64,000 bases of DNA from an uncultured delta proteobacterium. GTDB taxonomy: Bacteria; Desulfobacterota; Desulfomonilia; UBA1062. Below the pieces are notes generated by a model. It saw only the letters and a list, made by a program, of their open reading frames with translations, searched no databases and was not told the origin of the DNA. Location of the stretch: positions 32,001-96,000 of the forward strand of contig CAWAUM010000007.1 in NCBI GenBank assembly GCA_963785235.1. The letters run 5' to 3'. The position numbers and the translations under genes were made by a program. Position 1 is the stretch's first letter; the number at the start of each line of letters is the position of its first letter. Positions 43,786 to 54,997 of the stretch are shown one piece after another.

Positions 43786-45111
43786 TTATTCTGGTTTGTT
43801 CTTAAGTTTCCTGTCCTCAACACGGATCACCACAGGGGTACCTTTCACCTCCTCAAGGGCGGATATGGATACAATGGCCTTTCTTACATTTGATTCCTTA
43901 GCCTCATGCGTCAGCAAGACAACCGGTATGAAATCCTTATCTTCACCCGCCTTTTGGATCACAGAGACAATACTGATGTCCCTCTCTCCAAGTATGCCGG
44001 CAATTTTTGCCAGCACGCCCGGTTTGTCCGAGGCATTTATCCTCAGATAATAATTCGTATGGATGTCGTCAATGGGCATGTATTTTTTTGGATTTGAGAC
44101 GTCCTTGCGATATCCCAGGTGGGGGATACGGCCTGCAATGCCTGCACGGATGTTTCTCCCTATATCTGCAAGGTCGCTCACTACAGCCGAGGCTGTGGGC
44201 ATCATCCCTGCTCCCCTGCCGTAAAAGAGGGTTGAGTCTACAATGTCTCCCCGTACATAAAAGGCGTTGAATACGCCGTCGACCTTGGACATGAGGTAAT
44301 TCAGGGGAACAAGCGTCGGATGTACACGGGCCTCCACCTTGTCGCCTCTGTCAATGGCCAATGCCAGCAGCTTTATCTTATAGCCCAGTTCCCTGGCAAA
44401 GGTTACATCGAGTTTGTCAAGGTTACTAATCCCATCAACATATACACCATGCATATCAGGCGGTACGCCATAGGCAAGGCTGGTTATCAGTGCGAGCTTG
44501 TGCGCTGCGTCAATGCCTTCTATATCTAAGGTGGGGTCGGCCTCTGCATAACCAAGCTTGGAAGCCTGGGCCAAGGCCTCCTGAAAGGATGAGCCTTTCT
44601 CTCCCATCTCGGTGAGGATGTAGTTGCATGTGCCGTTTAATATCCCATAGATAAAGGAGTAGTTGTTTGCAATGAGGGCCTCGCGCAAGGTTTTGATGAT
44701 GGGTATTCCTCCGCCTACTGCGGCCTCATAGTACAGATCTTTCCCATATGTCTGGGCAGCGTCGAACAGTTCTTTGCCATGGGATGCTAGAAGCGCCTTA
44801 TTGGCAGTCACCACATGCTTTCCATTCTTCAGGGCTTTCAGTATGAAGGTCTTTGCTGTTTCTATCCCGCCGATGAGCTCGATTATGATGTGAATCTCAG
44901 GGTCATTAATGAGCTTATTCGCATCCGTGGTGAGCAGTCCTGTGGGGATGCTTATACCACGGTCTTTGGTGATATCGATGTCCGCGATCCCTTTCAGGGT
45001 TAGAGAAAAACCGAGCCGGTCCTCCAGAAGAGCCTTGTTCTCCAACAGGGTCTTGGCGACCCCGGTACCGATGGTGCCTAACCCGATGAGCCCGATATGT
45101 ATCGTATCCAT
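43786..45111 (-). CDS. hom: Homoserine dehydrogenase with ACT domain
   Basis: GLGTIG, TANK, EAAVGGGIP, GYAEADP and DKPGVL motifs. Confidence 0.95.
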   Translation of the reverse strand: MDTIHIGLIGLGTIGTGVAKTLLENKALLEDRLGFSLTLKGIADIDITKDRGISIPTGLLTTDANKLINDPEIHIIIELIGGIETAKTFILKALKNGKHVVTANKALLASHGKELFDAAQTYGKDLYYEAAVGGGIPIIKTLREALIANNYSFIYGILNGTCNYILTEMGEKGSSFQEALAQASKLGYAEADPTLDIEGIDAAHKLALITSLAYGVPPDMHGVYVDGISNLDKLDVTFARELGYKIKLLALAIDRGDKVEARVHPTLVPLNYLMSKVDGVFNAFYVRGDIVDSTLFYGRGAGMMPTASAVVSDLADIGRNIRAGIAGRIPHLGYRKDVSNPKKYMPIDDIHTNYYLRINASDKPGVLAKIAGILGERDISIVSVIQKAGEDKDFIPVVLLTHEAKESNVRKAIVSISALEEVKGTPVVIRVEDRKLKNKPE

Positions 45112-45121
45112 GTGTTCTCCT

Positions 45122-46039
45122 TTAATCAAACTTATCCTTACCCATATTGTGCCGTGAATTTCGTATTTCTTTGAGGGCTTCTTTGGCTTGGTAAGAGCTC
45201 CTCACAAACGGTCCTGCTATACAATAGCCTATACCGAGTGATTTCGCAAGATTGGACCAGCTTTCAAAAAATACAGGTTCCCAATAACGTGTCACTGGTA
45301 TCTGTAACATGGCGGGTCTCAGGTACTGGCCTATGGTCACCACATCACATCCAACCTCAGCCAGAGCTCCCAGGAGATCCTTTATCTCGGATTCGGATTC
45401 TCCGAGTCCTACCATGAACCCTGACTTGACGATAGTCCCCGGAGAGATATTTTTGATACTTCTGAGTAAATCGAGGCTCCTTGTCAGGCTCGAGTAGGGC
45501 CTGATTGCAGGATAGAGCCTCTGGGCCGTCTCCACATTATGGCCGAATACATCGGGTTTCTCGTTCAGAACAATCTCCAGCAGGTCCTGCCTGCCGGAAA
45601 AGTCGGGGGTGAGTATTTCAATAGTGCATGCAGGGATAAGATCCCTTATGGCCCGGACTGTCGAAGTAAATCCGCAGGCTCCCTTATCCGGCAAGTCATC
45701 TCGTGTAACCGAGGTGATGACCACATGTTCCAGCCCCATTTCTTCTGCAGTGTGTGCCACAAGGGAAGGTTCATGGAGGTTTACCGGGGCCGGGGTGCCC
45801 TTATGAACTGAACAGAAGGAACAACAACGGGTGCACACATCCCCTAAGATGAGGAATGTGGCAGTGGGTTTAAGGAAACATTCACAGATATTGGGGCACC
45901 TTGCTTCTTCACACACTGTGGAGAGCCCGTAATGCCGGAGTTTTGCCTTCAGGTGGTGCAGCGCCGAGAGGTCTCTGTTTTTTTTCAGCCACCCGGGCAG
46001 CCGGGGTGGCTGATTATGGGGTGCTTCCGGATGGTCCAT
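45122..46039 (-). CDS. lipA: Lipoyl synthase
   Basis: CEEARCPNICEC, CTRCCSFC and VRSSY motifs. Confidence 0.95.
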   Translation of the reverse strand: MDHPEAPHNQPPRLPGWLKKNRDLSALHHLKAKLRHYGLSTVCEEARCPNICECFLKPTATFLILGDVCTRCCSFCSVHKGTPAPVNLHEPSLVAHTAEEMGLEHVVITSVTRDDLPDKGACGFTSTVRAIRDLIPACTIEILTPDFSGRQDLLEIVLNEKPDVFGHNVETAQRLYPAIRPYSSLTRSLDLLRSIKNISPGTIVKSGFMVGLGESESEIKDLLGALAEVGCDVVTIGQYLRPAMLQIPVTRYWEPVFFESWSNLAKSLGIGYCIAGPFVRSSYQAKEALKEIRNSRHNMGKDKFD

Positions 46040-46343
46040 CGATATCCCCCGGCGGGGTGAGCGATGTTCTTGCGGCCTTGGCCTGAACAGACCTGTTCTT
46101 GAGATCCTCCAGGTGCTTGTTCGCTCGACGCTCCTCATCTTTCAGGTCGCCTCCCGACATGAAACAAAAGAGGATTGCCGTAATGGTACCTGCAAGGAAA
46201 CAGGCAAAGAGGACAAGGTATAAGGGATAGGATATCGAGTAGTAAGAAAAGACATGTACTGTGGCACTATCCTGGTTGGAAATCCCGAAAAGGATACCGG
46301 TAATGGCCAATAGAAAAAAGATGGCTGCCTTAAGGTATTTCAA
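46014..46343 (-). CDS. LapA family (DUF1049) membrane protein
   Basis: Two hydrophobic helices with FGISNQ and PLYLVLF; basic C-terminal tail. Confidence 0.65.
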   Translation of the reverse strand: MKYLKAAIFFLLAITGILFGISNQDSATVHVFSYYSISYPLYLVLFACFLAGTITAILFCFMSGGDLKDEERRANKHLEDLKNRSVQAKAARTSLTPPGDIDGPSGSTP

Positions 46344-46807
46344 GGGAGGTTCCCCTTGATCTTGTCCCTAGTGTTTTCGATGTGCTCGGAGATTATATGC
46401 GCCTCACCCAGGACCGGCATGAAGTTGGTGTCACCCTTCCAGCGCGGCACTATGTGCATGTGCAGGTGGTCTGCAATCCCGGCCCCTGCAACATCGCCCA
46501 GGTTGAACCCGACATTGAATCCTTGAGGCTTCAAGGCAGGCTTGATTGCGGAAAGGATCGACTGTGTCATTGTCATGATCTCGGAAAGCTCTTCAGTGCC
46601 CAGATCGGTAAAATCCCCAATATGCCTGTAGGGGGCAACCATACAATGGCCTGTAGTATATGGGAAGAGGTTCATGATGGCAAAACAGAGCCTTCCTGTA
46701 GTGAGTATGAGCCTGTCCTTTGCTTCAGGTGCTGTGCAGAAGACGCAGGAGAGCTCTTTCGGTGAAGTCAAATATTCAATCCTCCATGGCGCCCAGAGAT
46801 TTTTCAT
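46340..46807 (-). CDS. HIT family hydrolase
   Basis: LWAPWR, CVFC and HLHMHIVPRW motifs. Confidence 0.93.
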   Translation of the reverse strand: MKNLWAPWRIEYLTSPKELSCVFCTAPEAKDRLILTTGRLCFAIMNLFPYTTGHCMVAPYRHIGDFTDLGTEELSEIMTMTQSILSAIKPALKPQGFNVGFNLGDVAGAGIADHLHMHIVPRWKGDTNFMPVLGEAHIISEHIENTRDKIKGNLP

Positions 46808-46847
46808 AGCGCGATACGTTCCCCCTTGATCGTAGATTCCATGCGCT

Positions 46848-48101
46848 TCATAACGTTGCCTCTGCCTGGGGGTAGATGTTTTTCACATCGTACACCACAC
46901 AGTTCTTGGCCTTGATCTTATCCAGGTCAAGGGGTTTGAATTCATCGTGTGCCACGGCCACTATGATGCCTTCGTATGAAGTGAGCTGGTCTATTCGGGA
47001 TATGATATCGATGCCGTACTCGTGCCTTACCTCATCAGGATCCGCCACAGGGTCGAATACTTCCACCGTGCAGTCAAAGTCCTTGAGCTGGTTGATAACG
47101 TCAACGACCCTGGAGTTTCTGATGTCAGGGCAATTCTCCTTGAAGGTAATGCCGAGCACCAGGATCTTCGTGTCTGTGATGCGGTGGCATTTTTTGATCA
47201 TCATCTTGATGAGCTGGGTGGCCACATACCTGCCCATACCATCGTTGATCCTGCGGCCGGCCAGGATCACCTGGGGTATGTACCCGAGGCTCTCGGCCTT
47301 GTGGGTCAGGTAATAAGGATCTACGCCGATACAGTGTCCTCCCACGAGTCCCGGGGAGAAAGGCAGGAAGTTCCATTTTGTCCCTGCCGCGGTGAGTACG
47401 TCAGAGGTTTTGATGTCCATACGGGCGAAGATCATTGCCAGTTCATTGACAAAGGCGATATTGATGTCGCGCTGGGTGTTCTCAATGACCTTGGCCGCCT
47501 CAGCCACCTTGATGGATGGGGCGAGGTGGGTGCCTGCCGTGATAATGGAACGATAGAGTTCATCGACAATCTTGGCGGTTTCAGGGGTGGATCCCGAGGT
47601 GACCTTCATTATATTCGTGACGCGATGGGCCTTGTCGCCAGGGTTTATTCGTTCAGGGCTGTATCCGCAGAAAAAATCGCGGTTGAATATCAGCCCGGAT
47701 GTCTTTTCAATGACCGGCACGCAGTCATCTTCCGTGGCTCCCGGATAAACCGTGGATTCATAGACAACGATATCGCCTTTTTTTATGACCTTTCCCACTG
47801 TCTCACTCGCCTTGAGCAGCAAGGAGATGTCGGGCCTGTTGAATACGTCAATGGGGGTGGGCACTGTGACGATAAAAAATGTACAGGATCTGAGGTCTTC
47901 AGGATTTGTGGTGTAGCTCAAAAGCTTTGCAGCCTGCAGTTCACTGCTGGTCACCTCGAGGGTCTTGTCTGAAAATGACTTGAGCTCGGATATCCTTTTG
48001 CCATTAATATCAAAACCCACGGTTGAGTATTTTTTACCGAACTCAACAGCCAGGGGCAACCCCACATACCCAAGCCCGATGATCCCTATACGGTGTTCCA
48101 T
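46848..48101 (-). CDS. UDP-N-acetyl-hexosamine 6-dehydrogenase (TviB/WbpO-like)
   Basis: [32 protein letters not shown] and [10 protein letters not shown] motifs. Confidence 0.92.
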   Translation of the reverse strand: MEHRIGIIGLGYVGLPLAVEFGKKYSTVGFDINGKRISELKSFSDKTLEVTSSELQAAKLLSYTTNPEDLRSCTFFIVTVPTPIDVFNRPDISLLLKASETVGKVIKKGDIVVYESTVYPGATEDDCVPVIEKTSGLIFNRDFFCGYSPERINPGDKAHRVTNIMKVTSGSTPETAKIVDELYRSIITAGTHLAPSIKVAEAAKVIENTQRDINIAFVNELAMIFARMDIKTSDVLTAAGTKWNFLPFSPGLVGGHCIGVDPYYLTHKAESLGYIPQVILAGRRINDGMGRYVATQLIKMMIKKCHRITDTKILVLGITFKENCPDIRNSRVVDVINQLKDFDCTVEVFDPVADPDEVRHEYGIDIISRIDQLTSYEGIIVAVAHDEFKPLDLDKIKAKNCVVYDVKNIYPQAEATL

Positions 48102-48232
48102 AGCCCCTCCGGACACTAGTAAAGAATTGTGGTCCTTATACTCCAAGGATCGTTTGTATCGCCAGAACAAAAAATATTGCTTGGAAAACTGCTTTAACCC
48201 CGGATAGCGATTAAGATGAGTAAAAAAATTGA

Positions 48233-48318
48233 TCCGTTAAAAGCCTCAATCTTGCAGCCTTTGCGGGATGCTAATTTCCTTAGTCCTTCAAGGCTGCAAG
48301 ATTGAGGCTTTTAACGGA
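48233..48318. repeat. Perfect 29-bp inverted repeat with a 28-nt spacer (MITE/REP-like)
   Basis: TCCGTTAAAAGCCTCAATCTTGCAGCCTT at 48233-48261 and its exact reverse complement at 48290-48318. Confidence 0.85.
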
Positions 48319-48355
48319 CCTGGTTTTATTCATCGTAAACCCAAAATATCCGGGC

Positions 48356-48392
48356 AAAAAAAGGAGAGCAGGCCTATGCTCCTGCTCTCCTT
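48356..48392 (-). terminator. Rho-independent terminator of the OmpA gene
   Basis: AAGGAGAGCAGG...CCTGCTCTCCTT stem preceded by an A-run, which is the U-tract on the minus strand. Confidence 0.8.
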
Positions 48393-48411
48393 AGATAGTG
48401 TCAGTGTTATG

Positions 48412-49500
48412 TCAGATGGGCTTGAACTCCACCCTCCTGTTCCTGGTCCTGTTTTCATCGGAGTCATTGGGCACAACAGGCTTGCTGAAGCCGAAGCCGT
48501 TTACCTTCAACCTCTCAGGGGCGATCCCTTTGCCAACGATGTACTTTCTCACCGAGTCTGCCCGTTTATAGGATAGTTTCATATTGTACTCAGCCGAGCC
48601 TTTGTTATCCGTGTGGCCCTGAATTTCCATCTTAATGCCCTTGTTTGTCGCCAGATATTCAACAACCTCATCCAGGACAGCAAAAGAGTCCGGTTTGACG
48701 TTCGACTTGTTAAAGTCGAAGAGGATGTTCCTGAAGATGATTGCGCCCTGCTCAGCAGCAGGCGGACAGCCATTGGCATCTACTTTGATCCCCTTCGGCG
48801 TATCCGGGCATTTGTCTATACAGTCAGGGACCCCGTCCCCATCGCTGTCTTTCTTGCACCAGTCTTTTTCTACACAACCATCAGGTCCGCCCGGGCATAG
48901 TTCTTCTTTAAGAGGTTCAACAGGTGCAGGGGGTGCGGGTTCTTCGTCCTCCATGCCGAATTCAAAGGTAAGGCCGGCACTATAGAGCAGATTGTGATGA
49001 AGCTCATTTCCTGTATCGTTTAGAATATATCGTGCATCACCCCTGAGGGCGAAGTTCTTCGAGAGGTAGTGCTTCACGCCGAAACCGGGGTCTAGTATGA
49101 AGTCATAGTTCTTCTGGTTGTCGAGGCCTTTGTTTTTATATGAGGTAAAACCGGCGCCGAGGGAAACATAGGGAACTGTTTTGTCCGAAATGAGTCCAAT
49201 CAGGTGAAGGAGGAGGTCAAACCGATAGAGCAGTATCCTACCGCTATGTCCGCCGCGACTTGAGTCAATTGAGTTAAAGTTGAATTCAGTACCGAGTTTT
49301 TTTGATAAGTTCAAGCCTGCCCCTATTCCCCATTCCATGCCGCTGGAATAGTGCAGACCGCCGTCCACCTTGTATCCGCCAATAGAAGGGGTAATGTTGA
49401 TGGTGCCGGGCTTGATCTCTGCATATGCCCCGGGTGGATTGAGGAGAAAAAGGGTAAGAACGAATAACGCAGCTGCATGTATGATGTGATTGGTTTTCAT
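48412..49500 (-). CDS. OmpA/OprF-family outer membrane protein (beta-barrel, TSP3-like repeat, OmpA_C)
   Basis: Signal peptide; DSDGDGVPDCIDKCPDTP, GHTD, LSYKRA and NRRVEF motifs. Confidence 0.92.
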   Translation of the reverse strand: MKTNHIIHAAALFVLTLFLLNPPGAYAEIKPGTINITPSIGGYKVDGGLHYSSGMEWGIGAGLNLSKKLGTEFNFNSIDSSRGGHSGRILLYRFDLLLHLIGLISDKTVPYVSLGAGFTSYKNKGLDNQKNYDFILDPGFGVKHYLSKNFALRGDARYILNDTGNELHHNLLYSAGLTFEFGMEDEEPAPPAPVEPLKEELCPGGPDGCVEKDWCKKDSDGDGVPDCIDKCPDTPKGIKVDANGCPPAAEQGAIIFRNILFDFNKSNVKPDSFAVLDEVVEYLATNKGIKMEIQGHTDNKGSAEYNMKLSYKRADSVRKYIVGKGIAPERLKVNGFGFSKPVVPNDSDENRTRNRRVEFKPI

Positions 49501-49717
49501 AGAGAATACATCCTCCCCGTTCATCACAGCTCTGACAATGTTCAAAAGGAAAATAATATTTAATATCACACGATATTCATAAAAAAGTCAATATTTTGTG
49601 TAACTCCGAGTATTGTATCCCTGAAACGGTGTCGACTTTTCTTGACAGCACTTTGCAAAAGCACTAGACAGATAACCACTTTTTTAACGTTATCAACTGC
49701 GCGAAAGCTGATTCCTC

Positions 49718-50515
49718 ATGGATAAAAAGATCACACGTATCGGAGTGTTTGATTCGGGAATAGGGGGGCTTACGGTCCTCAAGTGTCTTCTGGAGCTGGT
49801 CCCCGGCGTAGACATGGTTTATCTCGGGGACTCGGCCAGGCTGCCCTATGGCACAAAATCGTCCAGGACCATTATCCGCTACAGCCTTCAGTGCGCGCGG
49901 TTTCTTGCATCCATGGACATCGACATGCTGGTGATCGCTTGTAATACGGCAAGTGCCCATGCCATACCCGCATTGAAGGATGAATTTCATATCCCGGTCA
50001 TCGGCGTGGTAGAGGCGGGCGCCCGGGCTGCAATAGAGTGCGGCGGCAGCAGGATCGGGGTTATCGGCACCTCATCAACCATAAAGAGCCATGCATACGA
50101 GGAGACGATGAGGTCCTTGAAACAGGGGCTTTCGATCTTTCCCCAGGCATGCCCACTGTTCGTACCATTGGTGGAAGAGGGCTGGTATGAAGATGAAATC
50201 ACCGAGCAGGTAGCCAGACGTTACCTGAAAGATATTATTCATTCGAGAGTGGATACGCTGCTGCTGGGATGTACCCATTATCCTCTGCTGAAAAATGTTC
50301 TCTCAAAGGTTATGGGAACAGGTGTAACCATCGTGGATTCCGCTCTCTCCACAGCACGGGTGGTCAAGGGGATTGTAGGACATCAAGATGATAGTTCAGG
50401 GAGTCGTGACACCATCTATTACCTTTCAGATTCATCACCGAGGTTCATTGAACTTGGTGAGCACTTTCTCGGACGTGAAATGAAATATGTATATGATATA
50501 GATCTTTGTGTATAA
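49718..50515 (+). CDS. murI: Glutamate racemase
   Basis: FDSGIGG, PYG, ACNTAS and LGCTHY motifs. Confidence 0.96.
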   Translation: MDKKITRIGVFDSGIGGLTVLKCLLELVPGVDMVYLGDSARLPYGTKSSRTIIRYSLQCARFLASMDIDMLVIACNTASAHAIPALKDEFHIPVIGVVEAGARAAIECGGSRIGVIGTSSTIKSHAYEETMRSLKQGLSIFPQACPLFVPLVEEGWYEDEITEQVARRYLKDIIHSRVDTLLLGCTHYPLLKNVLSKVMGTGVTIVDSALSTARVVKGIVGHQDDSSGSRDTIYYLSDSSPRFIELGEHFLGREMKYVYDIDLCV

Positions 50516-50535
50516 TAGGGAGTGTGAGTAGTCCG

Positions 50536-52555
50536 ATGAAAACAAGAAACCTGGCCAGAATGAGGAACATCGGTTTCGTTGCCCATATCGATGCGGGCAA
50601 GACAACGGTAACCGAGCGGGTCCTCTACTATACCGGCAAGATACACCGGATGGGAGAGGTTCACGACGGGCAGGCCACCATGGACTGGATGCCTCAGGAG
50701 CAGGAACGGGGCATCACCATCACATCTGCTGTCACGACCTGTGAATGGAACAACCATGACATCCACATCATCGACACACCCGGCCATGTGGATTTTACCA
50801 TCGAGGTAGAAAGGTCGCTACGGGTGTTAGATGGGGCAGTAGTAATTCTCTGCGCCGTTGGCGGTGTTGAGGCCCAAACCGAGACTGTCTGGCAGCAGTC
50901 CAGGAAATACCATGTCCCAGCCATGGCCTTTATCAACAAGCTGGACCGCATGGGGGCCGATTTCAACTCCGTGCTCGAACAGATCAGGACACGCCTGGAA
51001 GTGACGCCGCTTCCCATCCAGATTCCCTACTATGAAGGCGATACATTCAAGGGCGTCATTGACCTCATAACCATGCAGAGGCTTGTGTGGGACGATGATA
51101 CCTTAGGGGCCAATTTCGTGACATCGCCCATTCCCGAAGAGATCGTCCCGGAGGCTGTCCTGGCCCGTGAAAATATGTTGGAAAGACTCTGCTGATTTTG
51201 ACGACGAGATTATGGAAAAATTTCTTGCCGGTGAACAGCCGGATGAAAAGAAGATAAAACAGGCCGTACGCAAGGTCACGGTAGATGAGAAACTGGTCCC
51301 GGTGCTGTGCGGTTCCGCCCTGAAGAACAAAGGTATCCAGACCTTGATCGATGCAGTGGTAGATTACCTTCCATCACCACTGGAAGTTAAGCCTGTGATA
51401 GCCCATTCAAAGAAATCTTTCGAAGAGGTCCTGATCCATCCGAATCCAAAAGGGCCTCTTGTTGCGTATGTTTTCAAGGTATACATGGATGAAGGCAGGA
51501 GGATGGTATACTTGCGGCTGTATTCCGGAACGCTCCATGTGGGGGACGATATATACAACAGCACACGGGAGATATATGAGAAGATAGCACGTTTGTTCTC
51601 CATGCATGCCCATCAGAAGCAGCGTATTGAGCAGGCATCAGCAGGTGACATTGTTGCCGTGGTAGGCCTGAAAGATTCTGTGACAGGCGACACAATCATG
51701 CTTCCGGCCGAAGCATTGGTGCTTGAGACCATTGATGTACAGAAGCCCGTCATATCGGTTGCAATAGAACCCAAGACCTCGGAATCATCCGAGCGCCTTC
51801 TTGAGGCCATGCGCAAGATCATGGAGGAAGACCCCACAATCAAGGTCCATGAAGACCCTGATACCGGCCAGGTTATCCTTGCCGGAATGGGAGAGCTTCA
51901 CCTGGAGATCGCACTTGATCGATTCAAGACCGCTTTTGGTGTAGACATCAATGTGGGCAAGCCCCAGGTGCTGTATTGTGCATCCATCGATAAGCCTTCA
52001 CAGGCCCAGAAGATATTTGATAAGCTCATTGGTGAAACGGCCCAATACGGTCATGTAGAGCTGAATATAAAACCTGACAAGAGAGGCATGGGAAATTCGT
52101 TCCACCTGGACCAGACACTTGAAGACGGTTTTAAAAATTATCTCATGAACGGCCTTGAAGAGGCATGTCTGGCTGATCCCATGTTCGGGTACGAGGTCGT
52201 GGACATCGAAGTTCACGTGGATAAGGTCGTGCTTACCGACAAAACCACGGGCCAGGGTCTGAAGATTGCCTCTCAGATGGCCCTGCAGGATGCCATGAAA
52301 AAATCCGGTGTAATCCAGCTTGAGCCCATCATGGAGCTTGACGCATTAGCTCCTGAAGACTATGTGGGGGATGTTGTAGGAGATCTATCGGCCCGGAAGG
52401 CGAGCATAGAGGGTGTTGTCATCAAGGGAAAATATCACCAGATAAAGGCATTTGTCCCTTTGTCCAGCACCTTTGGTTATTCAACTGCTCTGCGGTCATT
52501 GACCAGGGGAAGGGGGAGCTTCAGCATGAGGTTCTATGGGTTTGACAAGGTTTAG
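50536..52555 (+). CDS. Elongation factor G paralogue outside the str operon, frameshifted at about 51189
   Basis: [19 protein letters not shown] and NKLD in the first ORF; GMGELHL, LEPIM and LRSLTRG in ORF 51167-52555. Confidence 0.88.
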
Positions 52556-52585
52556 ACGATAGATGGACAGACGCTATAAGATGGA

Positions 52586-53425
52586 TTGCAGACGATTGTG
52601 ATGATCACCTTTTTCATGTGGGTGATTGCAGGAATAATAACCACAATATTCGGCCACGGCCTCTATAATCCGCCCAAGCCCCAGAAGGTTGACCCGGTGG
52701 CCGGCTTAAGCCGGAACAAACCGCTGAAGACCAGGAGCACTTACGACGTCATCTTAACCCGTGACCTCCTCAAGGTTGCCAAGACAGGGACTTCAGGTCA
52801 GGATCAGCCGATCACCGGAGATGCGGAAAGGCCGCTGGCTGAAATGGGGATTTCTCTCAAAGGTACAATAACCGGGCCCAGCGAAATTGCCCGGGCCATC
52901 ATCGAGGAGTCGAATGCTCAAAAACTGTACCGGATCGGTGATACCCTCAAGGGGGCAACTCTCATAGCAATATTCAGAAACAAGGTGATCATGGACGTGA
53001 ACGGCCAGCAGAAAATGCTTGTGGTTGAAGAAGCGAAATCCGGACCAGGTCTTGCTTCAAGGTCCGGGCGGACAAGCAGGAATCCGAGATTCCCTGTTGG
53101 AAATTCAGTTGCAGGCGCCGGCGGCGTGCCGGAGGCCATGAAGAACATGGACCAGTTACTAGGGAATGCCCGGGTGGTCCCATACTATCGTGGAGGTCAG
53201 CCCTATGGGTTCAGGGTCAGCGACGTTACTGAAGGGGCAAAGGTTTATGAGCTCGGTGTGCGTACGGGTGACATAATCAAGTCAATAAACGGCGTACCTA
53301 TCCGCACCCCGCAGGATGCCCTGAATGCCTACCAGGAACTCCAGAGCAACACAAATGTGCAAATGGAGATCGAGCGGCAAGGAACAACCACCACAGTTGA
53401 CTGTGCCGCTGAAGTGACGTTATGA
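52586..53425 (+). CDS. Type II secretion protein GspC-like (TM, HR, PDZ); start uncertain
   Basis: TM segment, LKGTI..AII..QKLYRIGD HR region, and PDZ motif GVRTGDIIKSING. Confidence 0.75.
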   Translation: MQTIVMITFFMWVIAGIITTIFGHGLYNPPKPQKVDPVAGLSRNKPLKTRSTYDVILTRDLLKVAKTGTSGQDQPITGDAERPLAEMGISLKGTITGPSEIARAIIEESNAQKLYRIGDTLKGATLIAIFRNKVIMDVNGQQKMLVVEEAKSGPGLASRSGRTSRNPRFPVGNSVAGAGGVPEAMKNMDQLLGNARVVPYYRGGQPYGFRVSDVTEGAKVYELGVRTGDIIKSINGVPIRTPQDALNAYQELQSNTNVQMEIERQGTTTTVDCAAEVTL

Positions 53426-53434
53426 CTGGGACAG

Positions 53435-54997
53435 ATGAGCATGTTTGAGCAGTACTTCGGATTATCAGAGAACCCTTTCAATGTGACCCCGGATCCGAAG
53501 TTTCTCTTCCTGTCCAAGGCCCACGAGGAGGCACTGTCATATCTGCGCTATGGAATTGATCAGCGCAAAGGCTTCATAATGATAACAGGTGAAGTGGGTG
53601 CAGGCAAAACAACCATCTGCAGGGCCTTACTCGGAAGTCTTCCCAAGACAGTACGTACGGCACTCGTGCTGAACCCTGCACTGTCGGATATTGAGCTTCT
53701 CCAGACCATCAACCAGGATTTCGGCATTGGATGCTTCATCCACCTCGAAAAAGACCCTCCTTGATGAGTCTCTATGAATTTCTTATAAACGTATTCGTTA
53801 CCGGAGAGAATGCCGTACTCATCATCGATGAGTGCCAGAACCTCTCAGTGGATGTCCTCGAGCAGATCCGCATGCTTTCGAATCTGGAGACCGAAAAGGA
53901 GAAACTCCTCCAGGTCGTCCTGGTAGGCCAGCCAGAGCTTGTAAAGGTTCTGGCTTCGCCTAACATGAAGCAACTCGATGACAGGATAGTACTTCGGTAC
54001 CATATCTGGCCCTTGAACCTTAGGGACACAAAAAGTTACATCAATCACAGGCTCATCATATCAGGCGCCCATGGTGATATTTCATTTACTGCCTTGGCAT
54101 TCAGACTCATCTATCATCAATCACGTGGTATACCAAGAAGGATCAATTCAGTAGCAGAGCGCTCGCTGCTCATTGCCTATTTAAAGGCCACAAAGCGGGT
54201 TACTTCACGCATTGTGCTTGGCGCCATCCGGGAACTCCAAGGAAACTATTCCAGACCCACTATCAGACAAAAAATTATCGTGCCTGTGCTCATCAGTGCC
54301 CTGTTGGTATTGACAGCCATCATAGTCTGGCCAGGTGTTTTTTCACACCGCTTTGAAATACCGGGTACTAAGATGAGCGCAAAAGATCAAAAAATAATCG
54401 CTCCGGTTCAGGAGGCATCCGTAACACCGCAGACCCTCGGAAATGTGCCTGCAAAGGAAAATGTACAGCCAAAGCGTGATTCAAAGGACTGGATAATGCC
54501 GGACTATAATGCTGCCTTTGATATCTTGAGCCAGCTGCCCGACGGGCTAGCCGGGCCTGATGCACTGAACCTTCATCCACAGCCGGATTACCTCAAGTAC
54601 CTTCCATCATCGGCAATCGTTTCCATGGATGGCGGATACCTCGTTATGCTCAAGGCAGAGGCGTCCTTTGTCAGGGTGGTTGGAAAAAACAAGGCTGTTA
54701 TCGAGATCCCTTTGGATGAATTCAAGAACCTTTACCGGTGGAATGTCATGGTCCCCTATGCGAAACCTCTGCATGAAACCGTGTATAGCCTTAATATGAC
54801 GGGTAACGATATTGAGAAGATACAGAAAGTCCTGTTCACACCTGGGCATGCTTGCCATCATGCCTGACGGGGTTTACGGGATAGAGACGGTGCAGGGGGT
54901 TGAAAAATTTCAGGAAGTCTTCGGGCTCAAGAGGGATGGCGTAACAGGTCCGGAGACCTTGGTCCTTTTACGTAATATTTCAGAAGGTGTCAGATGA
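53435..54997 (+). CDS. ExeA/GspA-family AAA ATPase with C-terminal peptidoglycan-binding domain, three indels
   Basis: FGLSENPF, GEVGAGKTT, IIDECQNL, GQPEL and GIPRRIN motifs; FQ...GLKRDGVTGPET PG-binding tail. Confidence 0.85.

Noticed and set aside
47022-47972. Long antisense ORFs (316 aa here; also 60017-60976, 27350-28033 and 2478-3122)
   Set aside because: They are shadow frames opposite well-conserved genes and have no recognisable motifs.
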